Positions 43,043 to 50,365 of a stretch of DNA of 50,365 nucleotides are shown here, piece after piece. Position 1 is the stretch's first letter. Every line of letters begins with the position of its first letter. The stretch covers positions 1 to 50,365 of the forward strand of contig JAGOVD010000001.1 of assembly GCA_018060905.1 (NCBI GenBank), written 5' to 3'. This DNA comes from Minisyncoccota bacterium (GTDB lineage Bacteria; Patescibacteriota; Minisyncoccia; Phycocordibacterales; UBA9973). The translations under genes and the position numbers were made by a program. The notes below the pieces were generated by a model. The model saw only the letters and a list, made by a program, of their open reading frames with translations. It ran no database searches and was not told where the DNA came from.

Positions 43043-44299
43043 ATGAAACTCTACGATGTTATCCGCAAAGAAGATATCGAGCGAGGTACTCCACTCAAGG
43101 AAATCTCAAAAGATGACCTCAATCCGCACCACGACCATCATCGTGGCTCACGCAAGCCAACAAATATTCGCCGCTTTATTATTATTGGACTTGCCCTGCT
43201 GTTTCTGGTGATTTTATATATTACTGGAATGAAAGTTGCTCGTGCCAAAGTAGTTATCACTGAACGACATATTCCATTTTCGCTTGAGGGTGTTGAATTT
43301 GAGCTTGTTCATGAAGAAAACGCTACTGGTGAACGGCTCGCATTTCAAACAATGATTGTTACGACAGAAGTTACTCGCCAGGTGTACGGTTCCGAGATAC
43401 AACCAAGCTCCAGTAGTGCAAAAGGCAAGGTTGTCTTTTTCAATGAGTACAGCACCAAAGCTCAAACAGTCAAAAGTGGCACTACGGTTACAGGCGCCAA
43501 TGGCAAGACATACAAAACACAGGCTGCCGTGACAGTACCGGGGTATACGACCAAAAATAAAGTCAAAACAGCGGGAACATCCACCTCAGTTGCAGTAGTC
43601 GCAACTGGTATCGGGGAGAGTTATAACACCACAGGGACCACATTTAAAGTTGCTGGATGGTCAAATGCAAAGACGTTTTATGCACAATCTGCAGGCGCCA
43701 TTGTTGGAGGAGAGAGTGGTGCTTCGCATACCGTATCTGAAGCTGAAAAGCCGGATATTATCGCTACACTTCAGGCGCAACTTGTTGAGCGATTGAAACG
43801 CGAGACTCGATCACAGATCCCCGAACAACTCATTGCATTTCCTGATCTACAGGTTACAACGATAGAGAGTGATTCGATTACGTTACGTGGTGACAGTATT
43901 AAGTTTCCAGCACGTATTGCGGGAACTATGGTTTCCTATCTCATTCCGCGCAAATTACTCGAAACAGCGATTGCCCAGGAGGCACTGTCCGGACACACAT
44001 ATGCTAGCGTGAGTATTCCAGCACTCGGGGACATCGTGGTTGAGCCTCTGACCGCACTACCGACTGATGCCAAAAATGTCCCCGAGACTATTAAGGTCAA
44101 GGTTTCAGGCAAGGGAACCATCATCACCAAGGCCCCTGTAGAACATATTCGAGAAGCATTGGTAGGTAGTCCCAAGCGCGATTTTGCTCGCATACTCCAA
44201 GGCGTTCCCGAAGTTGATACGGCCCAATATCATTTTTATCCATTTTGGGCACTCTTTTTTCCAACAAAAGACAGTAGGATTACTATAGAGGTCAGCTAG
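43043..44299 (+). CDS. hypothetical single-pass membrane protein (418 aa)
   Basis: Basic N-terminus, TM helix FIIIGLALLFLVILYI, and a large beta-rich extracytoplasmic part. Confidence 0.5.
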   Translation: MKLYDVIRKEDIERGTPLKEISKDDLNPHHDHHRGSRKPTNIRRFIIIGLALLFLVILYITGMKVARAKVVITERHIPFSLEGVEFELVHEENATGERLAFQTMIVTTEVTRQVYGSEIQPSSSSAKGKVVFFNEYSTKAQTVKSGTTVTGANGKTYKTQAAVTVPGYTTKNKVKTAGTSTSVAVVATGIGESYNTTGTTFKVAGWSNAKTFYAQSAGAIVGGESGASHTVSEAEKPDIIATLQAQLVERLKRETRSQIPEQLIAFPDLQVTTIESDSITLRGDSIKFPARIAGTMVSYLIPRKLLETAIAQEALSGHTYASVSIPALGDIVVEPLTALPTDAKNVPETIKVKVSGKGTIITKAPVEHIREALVGSPKRDFARILQGVPEVDTAQYHFYPFWALFFPTKDSRITIEVS

Positions 44300-44347
44300 A
44301 GATTTGACCACTTTTTAGTCTTGTAGTATTATTACATTCCGTAACCT

Positions 44348-44557
44348 ATGGCAACAGCAAATGACGCAGTAAAAGCGAACGTCGCAGAGGCACTTCCAAA
44401 CGCTATGTTTCGAGTAACTCTGGAAAATGGAGATGTAATCGTTGCGTATCTTGCCGGTAAAATGAGGCTTCACCGTATCAAGGTATTGGTGGGGGATACG
44501 GTTGACGTACTCCTGGATCCGTATGGCGGCAAGGGACGTATTGTCAGGAGATCATAA
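44348..44557 (+). CDS. infA: translation initiation factor IF-1
   Basis: FRVTLENGDVIVAYLAGKMRLHRIKVLVGDTVDVLLDPYGGKGRIVRR. Confidence 0.95.
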   Translation: MATANDAVKANVAEALPNAMFRVTLENGDVIVAYLAGKMRLHRIKVLVGDTVDVLLDPYGGKGRIVRRS

Positions 44558-44606
44558 GTAGTGTATACTCTCCCCGCTACAAATTTGTGCGCAATTTTTT
44601 ATTTTT

Positions 44607-44717
44607 ATGAAAATCAGATCAACTGTCAAAAAAATGTGTGATAAATGCAAGATTGTAAAGCGCAATCGCCATTTGCACGTTATTTGCGACAACCCAAAAC
44701 ATAAACAAAAACAATAG
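44607..44717 (+). CDS. rpmJ: 50S ribosomal protein L36
   Basis: Hand-translated 36 aa: [36 protein letters not shown]. Below the ORF-track cutoff. Canonical position between infA and rpsM. Confidence 0.9.
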   Translation: MKIRSTVKKMCDKCKIVKRNRHLHVICDNPKHKQKQ

Positions 44718-44731
44718 ACCTATATATTTAT

Positions 44732-45112
44732 ATGCGTATCCTCGGAATCACTATCCCCAACGAAAAAAGACTCGACATTGGACTCACCACACTCTATGGT
44801 ATTGGCACGGCTACTGCTACCAAGATTTTGAAGCAAGTCGGTGTTGAACCAAACACCAAAGCAAAAGATGTCTCAATTGATCAAGAAAATGACATTCGCA
44901 AGATCGTAGAAGAACGAACAATCGAAGGAAACCTCAAGCGTGAAATCGCAAGTAACATTAAACGATTGAAGGATATCAAGGCATACCGCGGAGTTCGCCA
45001 CATGCGTCGATTACCAGTCAAAGGCCAGCGTACCAAAACGAACTCTCGAACTGTTCGAGGAAACGTTCGAAACACTATGGGAAGCGGTCGTCGTAAGGAG
45101 AGTAAAACATAA
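44732..45112 (+). CDS. rpsM: 30S ribosomal protein S13
   Basis: MRILGITIPNEKRLDIGLTTLYGIG...YRGVRHMRRLPVKGQRTKTN. Confidence 0.95.
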   Translation: MRILGITIPNEKRLDIGLTTLYGIGTATATKILKQVGVEPNTKAKDVSIDQENDIRKIVEERTIEGNLKREIASNIKRLKDIKAYRGVRHMRRLPVKGQRTKTNSRTVRGNVRNTMGSGRRKESKT

Positions 45113-45118
45113 ACCACT

Positions 45119-45550
45119 ATGGGAAAGAAACGAATTACAACCCAAGAAGGACATGACGCTGCGGGCAACGGTGGCCGTGCTCCAGCGCGCACCGCTAAAA
45201 AGAAGCTCACCACAGCTATTCTTGCTATTGAAGCTACCTTTAACAACACCAAGGCAGTAGTTTCTGATGTGAAAGGCAACGTACTCTTTTGGTCTTCATC
45301 AGGTTCCCTTGGTTTTAAGGGTGCAAAAAAGGGAACACCTTTTGCGGCCTCAAAAGTAGGTGAAATCCTCGCCGAAAAGGCAACCACTGCTGGTATCAAA
45401 GAAGTATCTGCTGTTGTTACTGGTGTCGGTTCAGGTCGCGAACCGTTGATCCGAGCATTTATCGGTACCGGGATCGAGCTTTTATCAATCAAGGATCGAA
45501 CGCCAGTGCCGCACAACGGACCAAAGGCCAAGAAACCACGAAGAGTATAG
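45119..45550 (+). CDS. rpsK: 30S ribosomal protein S11
   Basis: ATFNNTKAVVSDVKGNVLFWSSSGSLGFKGAKKGTPFAA...IKDRTPVPHNGPKAKKPRRV. Confidence 0.95.
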   Translation: MGKKRITTQEGHDAAGNGGRAPARTAKKKLTTAILAIEATFNNTKAVVSDVKGNVLFWSSSGSLGFKGAKKGTPFAASKVGEILAEKATTAGIKEVSAVVTGVGSGREPLIRAFIGTGIELLSIKDRTPVPHNGPKAKKPRRV

Positions 45551-45554
45551 TCAT

Positions 45555-46160
45555 ATGAAATTAGGAGCAAAATACAAAATGTGTCGTCGGTTGGGATCTG
45601 GAGTATTTGAGAAATGCCAGACGTCAAAATACACGCAATCAGAAATGAAAAAGAGTAAGACTTCCGGTAAGCGACCGAAGCAGCTTTCTGACTACGGCCG
45701 ACAGCTCATTGAGAAGCAAAAAGTTCGTTTTTCATATGGTATTTCAGAACGGCAACTCGGTAACTATGTTGAAAAGGCGACCAACGTGAAGGGTATGCCA
45801 GTTACTGACAAGCTCTACGAACTCCTTGAGACTCGTCTCGACAATGTCATTTATCGTCTCGGCTATGCACCAACCCGACGGTTTGCACGTCAGCTCGCTT
45901 CGCACGGGCACTTCACCGTCAACGGCACCAAGGTGACGATTCCGTCGCTTGAGGTGAAGATAGGGGACGTGATCGCAGTGCGCGAAGGTTCAAAGAAAAG
46001 TGTTGTGTTCGGAGATATCAAGAAAAAGCTCGAAACGTACACCTGGCCAACATGGCTCAAGTTTACGCCTGAGGCACTCTCCGCAGAGATAGTGGCAAAG
46101 CCAAAAAATGACGAGCAGTTCTTGCAGTTAGAGACGGTGCTTGAGTTCTACAGTCGTTAG
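45555..46160 (+). CDS. rpsD: 30S ribosomal protein S4
   Basis: KMCRRLG N-terminus and the S4 domain RLDNVIYRLGYAPTRRFARQLASHGHFTVNG. Confidence 0.95.
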   Translation: MKLGAKYKMCRRLGSGVFEKCQTSKYTQSEMKKSKTSGKRPKQLSDYGRQLIEKQKVRFSYGISERQLGNYVEKATNVKGMPVTDKLYELLETRLDNVIYRLGYAPTRRFARQLASHGHFTVNGTKVTIPSLEVKIGDVIAVREGSKKSVVFGDIKKKLETYTWPTWLKFTPEALSAEIVAKPKNDEQFLQLETVLEFYSR

Positions 46161-46211
46161 TAGGACACGGACTTGGAGAATTTACAAATTAATGGTACAA
46201 TTGATTTTCAT

Positions 46212-47219
46212 ATGAGTGAACAAAAAATAATCCTTCCATCAAAGCCTAAAGCAACCTTCGAGGAAGGCCATAAAGGGGTATTCGAAATTGACGGTCTCGT
46301 ACCGGGATACGGCTACACTCTCGGCAACAGCCTCCGCCGTATCATCCTCTCGTCTTTGACTGGTGCTGCCGTTACTGCAGTCAAAATCGATGGTGTGAGC
46401 CACGAATTTGCAACCATGGAAGGTGTCAAAGAAGACGTCATCACACTATTGCTCAATCTCAAGAATGTTCGTTTTGAACTCACTACTGACGAACCACAAA
46501 AAGTCACTCTCTCAGTCAAAGGTCCGAAAATGGTCACCGCGGCTGACATCTCAGCAAAAGGAGCTGCTCGTATCGTGAACGCTGACCAGTACATTTGTGA
46601 AATCACTGGCAAAGTCACTCTCACCATTGAACTCACGATTGAACGAGGGCTCGGATTTGTTCCTCGCGAAGCACACCACAAACAGAAAGCCGATATCGGT
46701 ACAATATTCCTCGATGCAATCTTTTCTCCGATCCGTCGCGTGAGCTACGATGTTGAAGAAATGCGTGTTGGAGACAAGACCAACTTCAACCGCCTTCGTT
46801 TGACCATTGAAACTGATGGTACTATCTCTCCAAGAGAAGCACTCGAACAGTCAGTACAGACCATGATTGAACAGCTCGCTGCAATTGTCTCTGTTGATGC
46901 GCAAGCAGCAATAGACGAAGTACAATCTCGCATGACCATAAAGGCACCACTCCTAGCTGAAGAATCTTCCAAAGAAGAGTCACCAGAAGGAAGTGAAGAT
47001 GATAGTGTCGATGTCACTGATGTACTCAAAAACCGCATCGACTCGATCGGTCTCTCAACTCGCACGCTCAACGCACTCTCAGCGGCAAATATCCGCACCG
47101 TAGGGGGTATTGCGCGCAAGCATGTCAACGACCTCCTCGAGATTGACGGTATTGGCGACAAGGGGATTACAGAGATTAAGGAAGCGCTTGCAGCCTTCGA
47201 CTTGTCTTTGAAGGATTAA
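46212..47219 (+). CDS. rpoA: DNA-directed RNA polymerase subunit alpha
   Basis: Start at ATG 46212 (MSEQKII), since the ORF-track start at 46173 is TTG. GYGYTLGNSLRRILLSS, and the C-terminal domain LSTRTLNALSAANIRTVG. Confidence 0.95.
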   Translation: MSEQKIILPSKPKATFEEGHKGVFEIDGLVPGYGYTLGNSLRRIILSSLTGAAVTAVKIDGVSHEFATMEGVKEDVITLLLNLKNVRFELTTDEPQKVTLSVKGPKMVTAADISAKGAARIVNADQYICEITGKVTLTIELTIERGLGFVPREAHHKQKADIGTIFLDAIFSPIRRVSYDVEEMRVGDKTNFNRLRLTIETDGTISPREALEQSVQTMIEQLAAIVSVDAQAAIDEVQSRMTIKAPLLAEESSKEESPEGSEDDSVDVTDVLKNRIDSIGLSTRTLNALSAANIRTVGGIARKHVNDLLEIDGIGDKGITEIKEALAAFDLSLKD

Positions 47220-47239
47220 TAGAGTATAAAGAGGTACTT

Positions 47240-47593
47240 ATGCGACACGCAAACAATGTGAGAAAATTTGGACGAGAAAAGAACGGACGCATCGCGCTCA
47301 TCCGGGGTCTTGCTGCGTCGCTTATATCACACGGTCGTATCCTCACCACCGAAGCAAAGGCAAAGGAAATCCGCCCAACAGTTGAAAAGATGGTCACCAA
47401 GGCCAAGAACCCAACGCTTGCAAATCGTCGCAACCTCCTCGCTGGTCTCTACAACAACGAGCTCGTCGTTTCAAAACTCATTGATGATCTCGCACCAAAG
47501 TACACAGAACGTGCAGGTGGCTACACTCGCATCACCAAACTCGTCGCACGCAAGAGTGATGGAAGCCCGATGGCAGTTATCGAATTCGTGTAA
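47240..47593 (+). CDS. rplQ: 50S ribosomal protein L17
   Basis: MRHANNVRKFGREKNGRIALIRGLAASLI.HGRI.TT.AKAKE.RP.VEK. Confidence 0.95.
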   Translation: MRHANNVRKFGREKNGRIALIRGLAASLISHGRILTTEAKAKEIRPTVEKMVTKAKNPTLANRRNLLAGLYNNELVVSKLIDDLAPKYTERAGGYTRITKLVARKSDGSPMAVIEFV

Positions 47594-47612
47594 TATATAC
47601 AGAAATATTTTT

Positions 47613-47957
47613 ATGAACTACACTATAGATGCAACAAACAAATCTCTCGGTCGTCTCGCTTCAGAAGTAGCGGCGCTCTTGATCGGCAAGGATTCTCCAA
47701 CGTATACACGCAACAATGTGTCAGAGAACACCGTGACTGTCACCAATGCCTCAAAGATCAAGCAAGATCCTCGCAAGATGCTCACCAAGACGTACAAGAG
47801 TTTTTCAGGATACCCAGGTGGACTCAAGCTCTCGACAATGGCAAAGGTAACTGCGACCAAGGGCTTCGGCGACGTTATCGCAACGGCAGTCAAAGGCATG
47901 CTCCCTGACAACAAGCTCAAGAAAGAAATGATGAAGCACCTAACAATCACCGAATAA
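47613..47957 (+). CDS. rplM: 50S ribosomal protein L13 (short, 114 aa)
   Basis: Start at ATG 47613 (MNYTIDATNKSLGRLASEVAALLIGK). SGYPGGLK and GMLP.NKL motifs. The ORF-track extension back to 47268 overlaps rplQ. Confidence 0.9.
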   Translation: MNYTIDATNKSLGRLASEVAALLIGKDSPTYTRNNVSENTVTVTNASKIKQDPRKMLTKTYKSFSGYPGGLKLSTMAKVTATKGFGDVIATAVKGMLPDNKLKKEMMKHLTITE

Positions 47958-47960
47958 TAT

Positions 47961-48365
47961 ATGGCAACTACTACAGACAAAAAGAAATACATCGAAACTA
48001 TCGGCCGACGCAAGACCGCTACTGCTCGCGTCCGTATTACTCCAGCAGCAAAGGCAAGCTATGTGATCAACGACCTCGCGCTTGAAACATACTTCCCAAC
48101 AGCAGAACTCCAAAAGATCGTCACCGATCCATTCAAGGTAGCTGACAAGGCATATGCAGTCACCGTCCTCGTCAAAGGCTCTGGTATCCACTCACAGGCC
48201 GAAGCAGTACGACACGGTATTTCTCGCGGACTCGTCAAAGAAGATGAATCTGACAAGACTAAGCTCAAATCAGAAGGATTCCTCAAGCGTGACCCACGAT
48301 CCAAGGAACGTCGCAAATTCGGTCTCAAAAAGGCTCGAAAAGCACCGCAATGGTCCAAACGTTAG
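47961..48365 (+). CDS. rpsI: 30S ribosomal protein S9
   Basis: GRRKTATARVRI...GGG-like core and the C-terminal RDPRSKERRKFGLKKARKAPQWSKR. Confidence 0.95.
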   Translation: MATTTDKKKYIETIGRRKTATARVRITPAAKASYVINDLALETYFPTAELQKIVTDPFKVADKAYAVTVLVKGSGIHSQAEAVRHGISRGLVKEDESDKTKLKSEGFLKRDPRSKERRKFGLKKARKAPQWSKR

Positions 48366-48369
48366 TATA

Positions 48370-48403
48370 AAAAATATCTCCAAGAAATTGGGGATATTTT
48401 TTT
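48370..48403 (+). terminator. intrinsic terminator of the rplM-rpsI operon
   Basis: ATATCTCC-AAGAAATT-GGGGATAT (one G-U pair) followed by TTTTTTT. Confidence 0.7.
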
Positions 48404-48647
48404 GGACCATTGCGGTGGGAGAAGGGGGTCGGGGAAACTCCGGTTTCCCCGTGGAGGAAGGCAGGCGAAGCCGTTGGAAAACCGTGGGTTTCCAAAGAGC
48501 CGGAGGCGACCTCATTGGAGTAAACGATAACTGCTTATCGTTTACTCCGGTGCCCGAAGGGCAGCAGCCGATGTCGTCAGACAGGCCGCAGGTGGACAAA
48601 GCGATAAGGAAAAGAGAAATCCCCCGAAAGGGGTTTTCTTATTTTTA
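48404..48647 (+). ncRNA. candidate structured RNA, family unassigned (GC-rich multi-hairpin element 2)
   Basis: Begins with the exact complement of 48343-48356. Perfect hairpins at 48430-48451 (9 bp), 48474-48495 (7 bp) and 48517-48548 (14 bp). Ends in CCCC-CGAAA-GGGG plus TTTTCTTATTTTT. Very GC-rich relative to its flanks. Confidence 0.45.
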
Positions 48648-48755
48648 AAATATGATATAGTTTGAATCCGCATAAGGGAGTAGGTTTTACCGAACAACGA
48701 GGCGTGCGAGTACGCCTACAATTTCATATCGAAAAGAGACCCTTAGACATTTCCA

Positions 48756-48781
48756 AGCCTGATCACAAACAGGCTTTTTTT
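48756..48781 (+). terminator. intrinsic terminator closing a ~130-nt non-coding unit
   Basis: AGCCTG-ATCACAAA-CAGGCT followed by TTTTTTT. There is no ORF between 48648 and this point. Confidence 0.6.
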
Positions 48782-48840
48782 ATTGCAACGATCGATTTGA
48801 CTTGTGTTCAAAAAGGAGTAGTCTGATGAAAAACTAACGT

Positions 48841-49242
48841 ATGAAAAATAAAAAATATGTTCTCCATTTTAAGCTGGCATTCCCGTCGAAAGGTATTACC
48901 TCAAAATTCAACGGTATAACTCCCAACTTTGATTTCATCACTGAACATGAATCAGTCGGGAGCGTCACCAACAATGACTACCTTCTCCACAAGAAAAAGC
49001 TCGTCATTACTTCAACCAAGGATTTTTCTCAACTTGATACCCTCGACACTTCTTTTTCCCAAGCAATCTGGAGTAGTACCGTCGATTTTCTAAAAGGTGC
49101 GTTTGCTCCGGACTATAGCAAAAAATTGCACTTCGCCGGATATTTAAGTGTACGAGAATCACAAGTAAAAGATTTGCCTCGGATCAAATACGAAGTGTAT
49201 TATGGGTCACAGTTGGTGTGCTACATAGTAGATGAAAAGTAA
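48841..49242 (+). CDS. hypothetical protein (133 aa)
   Basis: ORF preceded by TTGACT-16-TAGTCT and followed by a hairpin plus T-run. No motif recognised. Confidence 0.45.
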   Translation: MKNKKYVLHFKLAFPSKGITSKFNGITPNFDFITEHESVGSVTNNDYLLHKKKLVITSTKDFSQLDTLDTSFSQAIWSSTVDFLKGAFAPDYSKKLHFAGYLSVRESQVKDLPRIKYEVYYGSQLVCYIVDEK

Positions 49243-49301
49243 TATTCCAATCCACGAATCCCTGAAAAGGGGTTCTTTTCTTATCTCTAATTTTCAGTAT
49301 A

Positions 49302-49868
49302 ATGTGCCGTATGAAAGACGATGAAGATGTAATGGTAGAGCCTGAATTTGTCGAGTCCAATGAGGATGGCGATGAGCTTGCCGGTTCTGACAAGATCAAG
49401 AAGCTCCAGGAAAAGATCAAAACTCTAGAGAAAGAAAAGACCGAGTATCTCGACGGCTGGCAGCGTGCGCGTGCCGACTATGCGAACCTCCAGAAGTCTA
49501 CTGACGAAGACAAGAAACGCTTTCGCGAGCACTTCGCACAACGATTCGTGGAGGACTTGCTTCCAGTGGTTGATAGTTTTTCTATGGCCATGTCCAACAA
49601 AGAAGCATGGGAGAAAGTCGATGCCAACTGGCGCACCGGTGTGGAGTACATTTACAACCAGCTCATGACAGCACTCAGTGAGCACGACCTCGAAGTATTT
49701 GGCAAGGTAGGGGAGACGTTCGACCCGACGCTCCACGAAGCCGTTTCAGATACTGAGACTGATGATACCAAGCTCGATCATACGATTGCCTCAGTCCTTC
49801 AGCAAGGCTACAAACTCGGCGACAACATCCTCCGCGCAGCAAGAGTCAACGTCTATAAAGCAAAATAA
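49302..49868 (+). CDS. grpE: nucleotide exchange factor GrpE
   Basis: GWQRARADYANLQK, LLPVVDSF, FDPTLHEAV, GYKLGDNILRAARVNV. The ATG at 49311 (MKDDED) may be the true start, because TATAAT (49298-49303) overlaps the first ATG. Confidence 0.9.
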   Translation: MCRMKDDEDVMVEPEFVESNEDGDELAGSDKIKKLQEKIKTLEKEKTEYLDGWQRARADYANLQKSTDEDKKRFREHFAQRFVEDLLPVVDSFSMAMSNKEAWEKVDANWRTGVEYIYNQLMTALSEHDLEVFGKVGETFDPTLHEAVSDTETDDTKLDHTIASVLQQGYKLGDNILRAARVNVYKAK

Positions 49869-50365
49869 TTATTTCGCCAATTTTAGAAATGCTTCTTCGG
49901 TTGCAGGATCGAGTGTGTCGGTGACAAATATCATGAGTTCTGTGGTGAGCCCGAGATCTTTTTTGATATTCATGAACATGTATTCAAACGGGTACATGGA
50001 GATCCAGACAGAGTTTTTGGCAGCGACGAAGCCTGCCTTTTTTAATATATAGCGGAGTCCATCTCGCTCGGTCTTGTGGTCTTCTGGGACGTCGAGGATG
50101 ATGACGCGCCATTTGCCATCCCAGTGAGGGTTGATGAGGCCGGTGTCAGAGTCGAGTTTGGCACTATGTGCTTTCTTGCGGCCGTCTCTAGTGAGGCGTG
50201 CGTACTCCTGTTGTCCCGAATGGTGGTATTCGACCAGTCCTGCATCCTTGAGGCCCTTGAGCGAGCGTGTAAACGCGTATAAGGACTTTTTATCGGCATC
50301 AGCGCCCATTTCTCCAGCGAGTTTTGGAACTGCGATAGCGGGCTTTTTAGAGAGAAGGCCCAATA
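49869..50365 (-). CDS. PaaX-like transcriptional regulator, N-terminus probably beyond the window edge
   Basis: Winged-helix part LKGLKDAGLVEY, then WDGKWRVIILDVPEDHKTERDGLRYILKKAGFVAAKNSVWISMYP, the typical PaaX C-terminal pattern. The ORF is open to the window end. Confidence 0.7.
   Translation of the reverse strand, partial: LGLLSKKPAIAVPKLAGEMGADADKKSLYAFTRSLKGLKDAGLVEYHHSGQQEYARLTRDGRKKAHSAKLDSDTGLINPHWDGKWRVIILDVPEDHKTERDGLRYILKKAGFVAAKNSVWISMYPFEYMFMNIKKDLGLTTELMIFVTDTLDPATEEAFLKLAK

Noticed and set aside
44881-45627. 248-aa minus-strand ORF across rpsM/rpsK/rpsD
   Set aside because: It is antisense to three unmistakable ribosomal protein genes.
48452-48590. RNase P RNA: GGAGGAAGGCAGGC after a P3-like hairpin and AGACAGGCCGC resemble the CR-I and CR-V strings. 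GGGTGCACGGTAAGCAG at 15603 resembles GGUGCGGUAAGAGC.
   Set aside because: The invariant AGUCC and ACAGAAnnCGGCUUA cores are absent. The element is far too short for a bacterial RNase P RNA, and the similar strings are split between two loci.
48549-48595. SRP RNA (ffs): the strings GGGCAGCAGCC and GCCGCAGG resemble the helix-8 GGAAGCAGCC and the 3' side of Bacillus scRNA
   Set aside because: The 5' side lacks the conserved symmetric-loop nucleotides (GGUCAGG-type), and the apical loop is not a GNRA/GGAA tetraloop closed as in SRP. The required pairing after the AGCA loop also does not work. This is left as a point to test with cmscan, not called.
1-50365. CRISPR arrays, rRNA genes, IS elements with terminal inverted repeats, reverse transcriptase/DGR or retron signatures
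   Set aside because: I looked for regularly spaced direct repeats, rRNA-like conserved strings, transposase or RT motifs (YxDD). None was found in this window.
1-50365. Alternative genetic code (UGA recoded, as in some CPR lineages)
   Set aside because: Recognisable genes end at TAA, TAG or TGA at the expected lengths, and no conserved gene needs read-through of an in-frame TGA.

Overview
The window reads as two parts. The right ~32 kb (about 18.4-50.4 kb) is a housekeeping backbone. It carries trxB, ftsZ, ftsA, ybeY, rpsU, priA, mreB, a holB-like gene, frr, rseP, mltG, a dnaQ-like exonuclease, mnmA, an mgtC-family gene, pepF and a short alaS. It also holds the infA-rpmJ-rpsM-rpsK-rpsD-rpoA-rplQ and rplM-rpsI operons, grpE and a PaaX-like regulator. 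Reduced versions of AlaRS, HolB and L13, a sigma-region-4/HARE-HTH protein and many lineage-specific membrane ORFs suggest a small-genome, CPR/Patescibacteria-like bacterium using the standard code; that lineage call is inference. The left ~18 kb is visibly more AT-rich and accessory. It holds a phage-type ParB-methylase/TerS/TerL packaging module with no head or portal genes, and an OB-fold membrane protein. Next come two 2TM coiled-coil proteins beside a putative transglutaminase-like protease-TPR protein. A large serine recombinase follows, with a degraded second copy bracketing an MBL-fold gene. The region ends with a NUDIX plus all-alpha (HEPN-like?) gene pair, tRNA-Glu, tRNA-Val and tRNA-Ser, and a tRNA-flanked two-gene island (unknown 390 aa protein plus GIY-YIG nuclease). 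The most unusual signal is non-coding and occurs at two distant loci, after tRNA-Val and after rpsI. In both, the last 12-14 nt before an intrinsic terminator are repeated as an exact reverse complement immediately after the terminator T-run. That complement leads into a strongly GC-rich, multi-hairpin element, and the two elements share collinear short motifs. I could not assign either element to a known RNA family by eye. All functional calls rest on motif recognition in the translated ORFs, with no database search.
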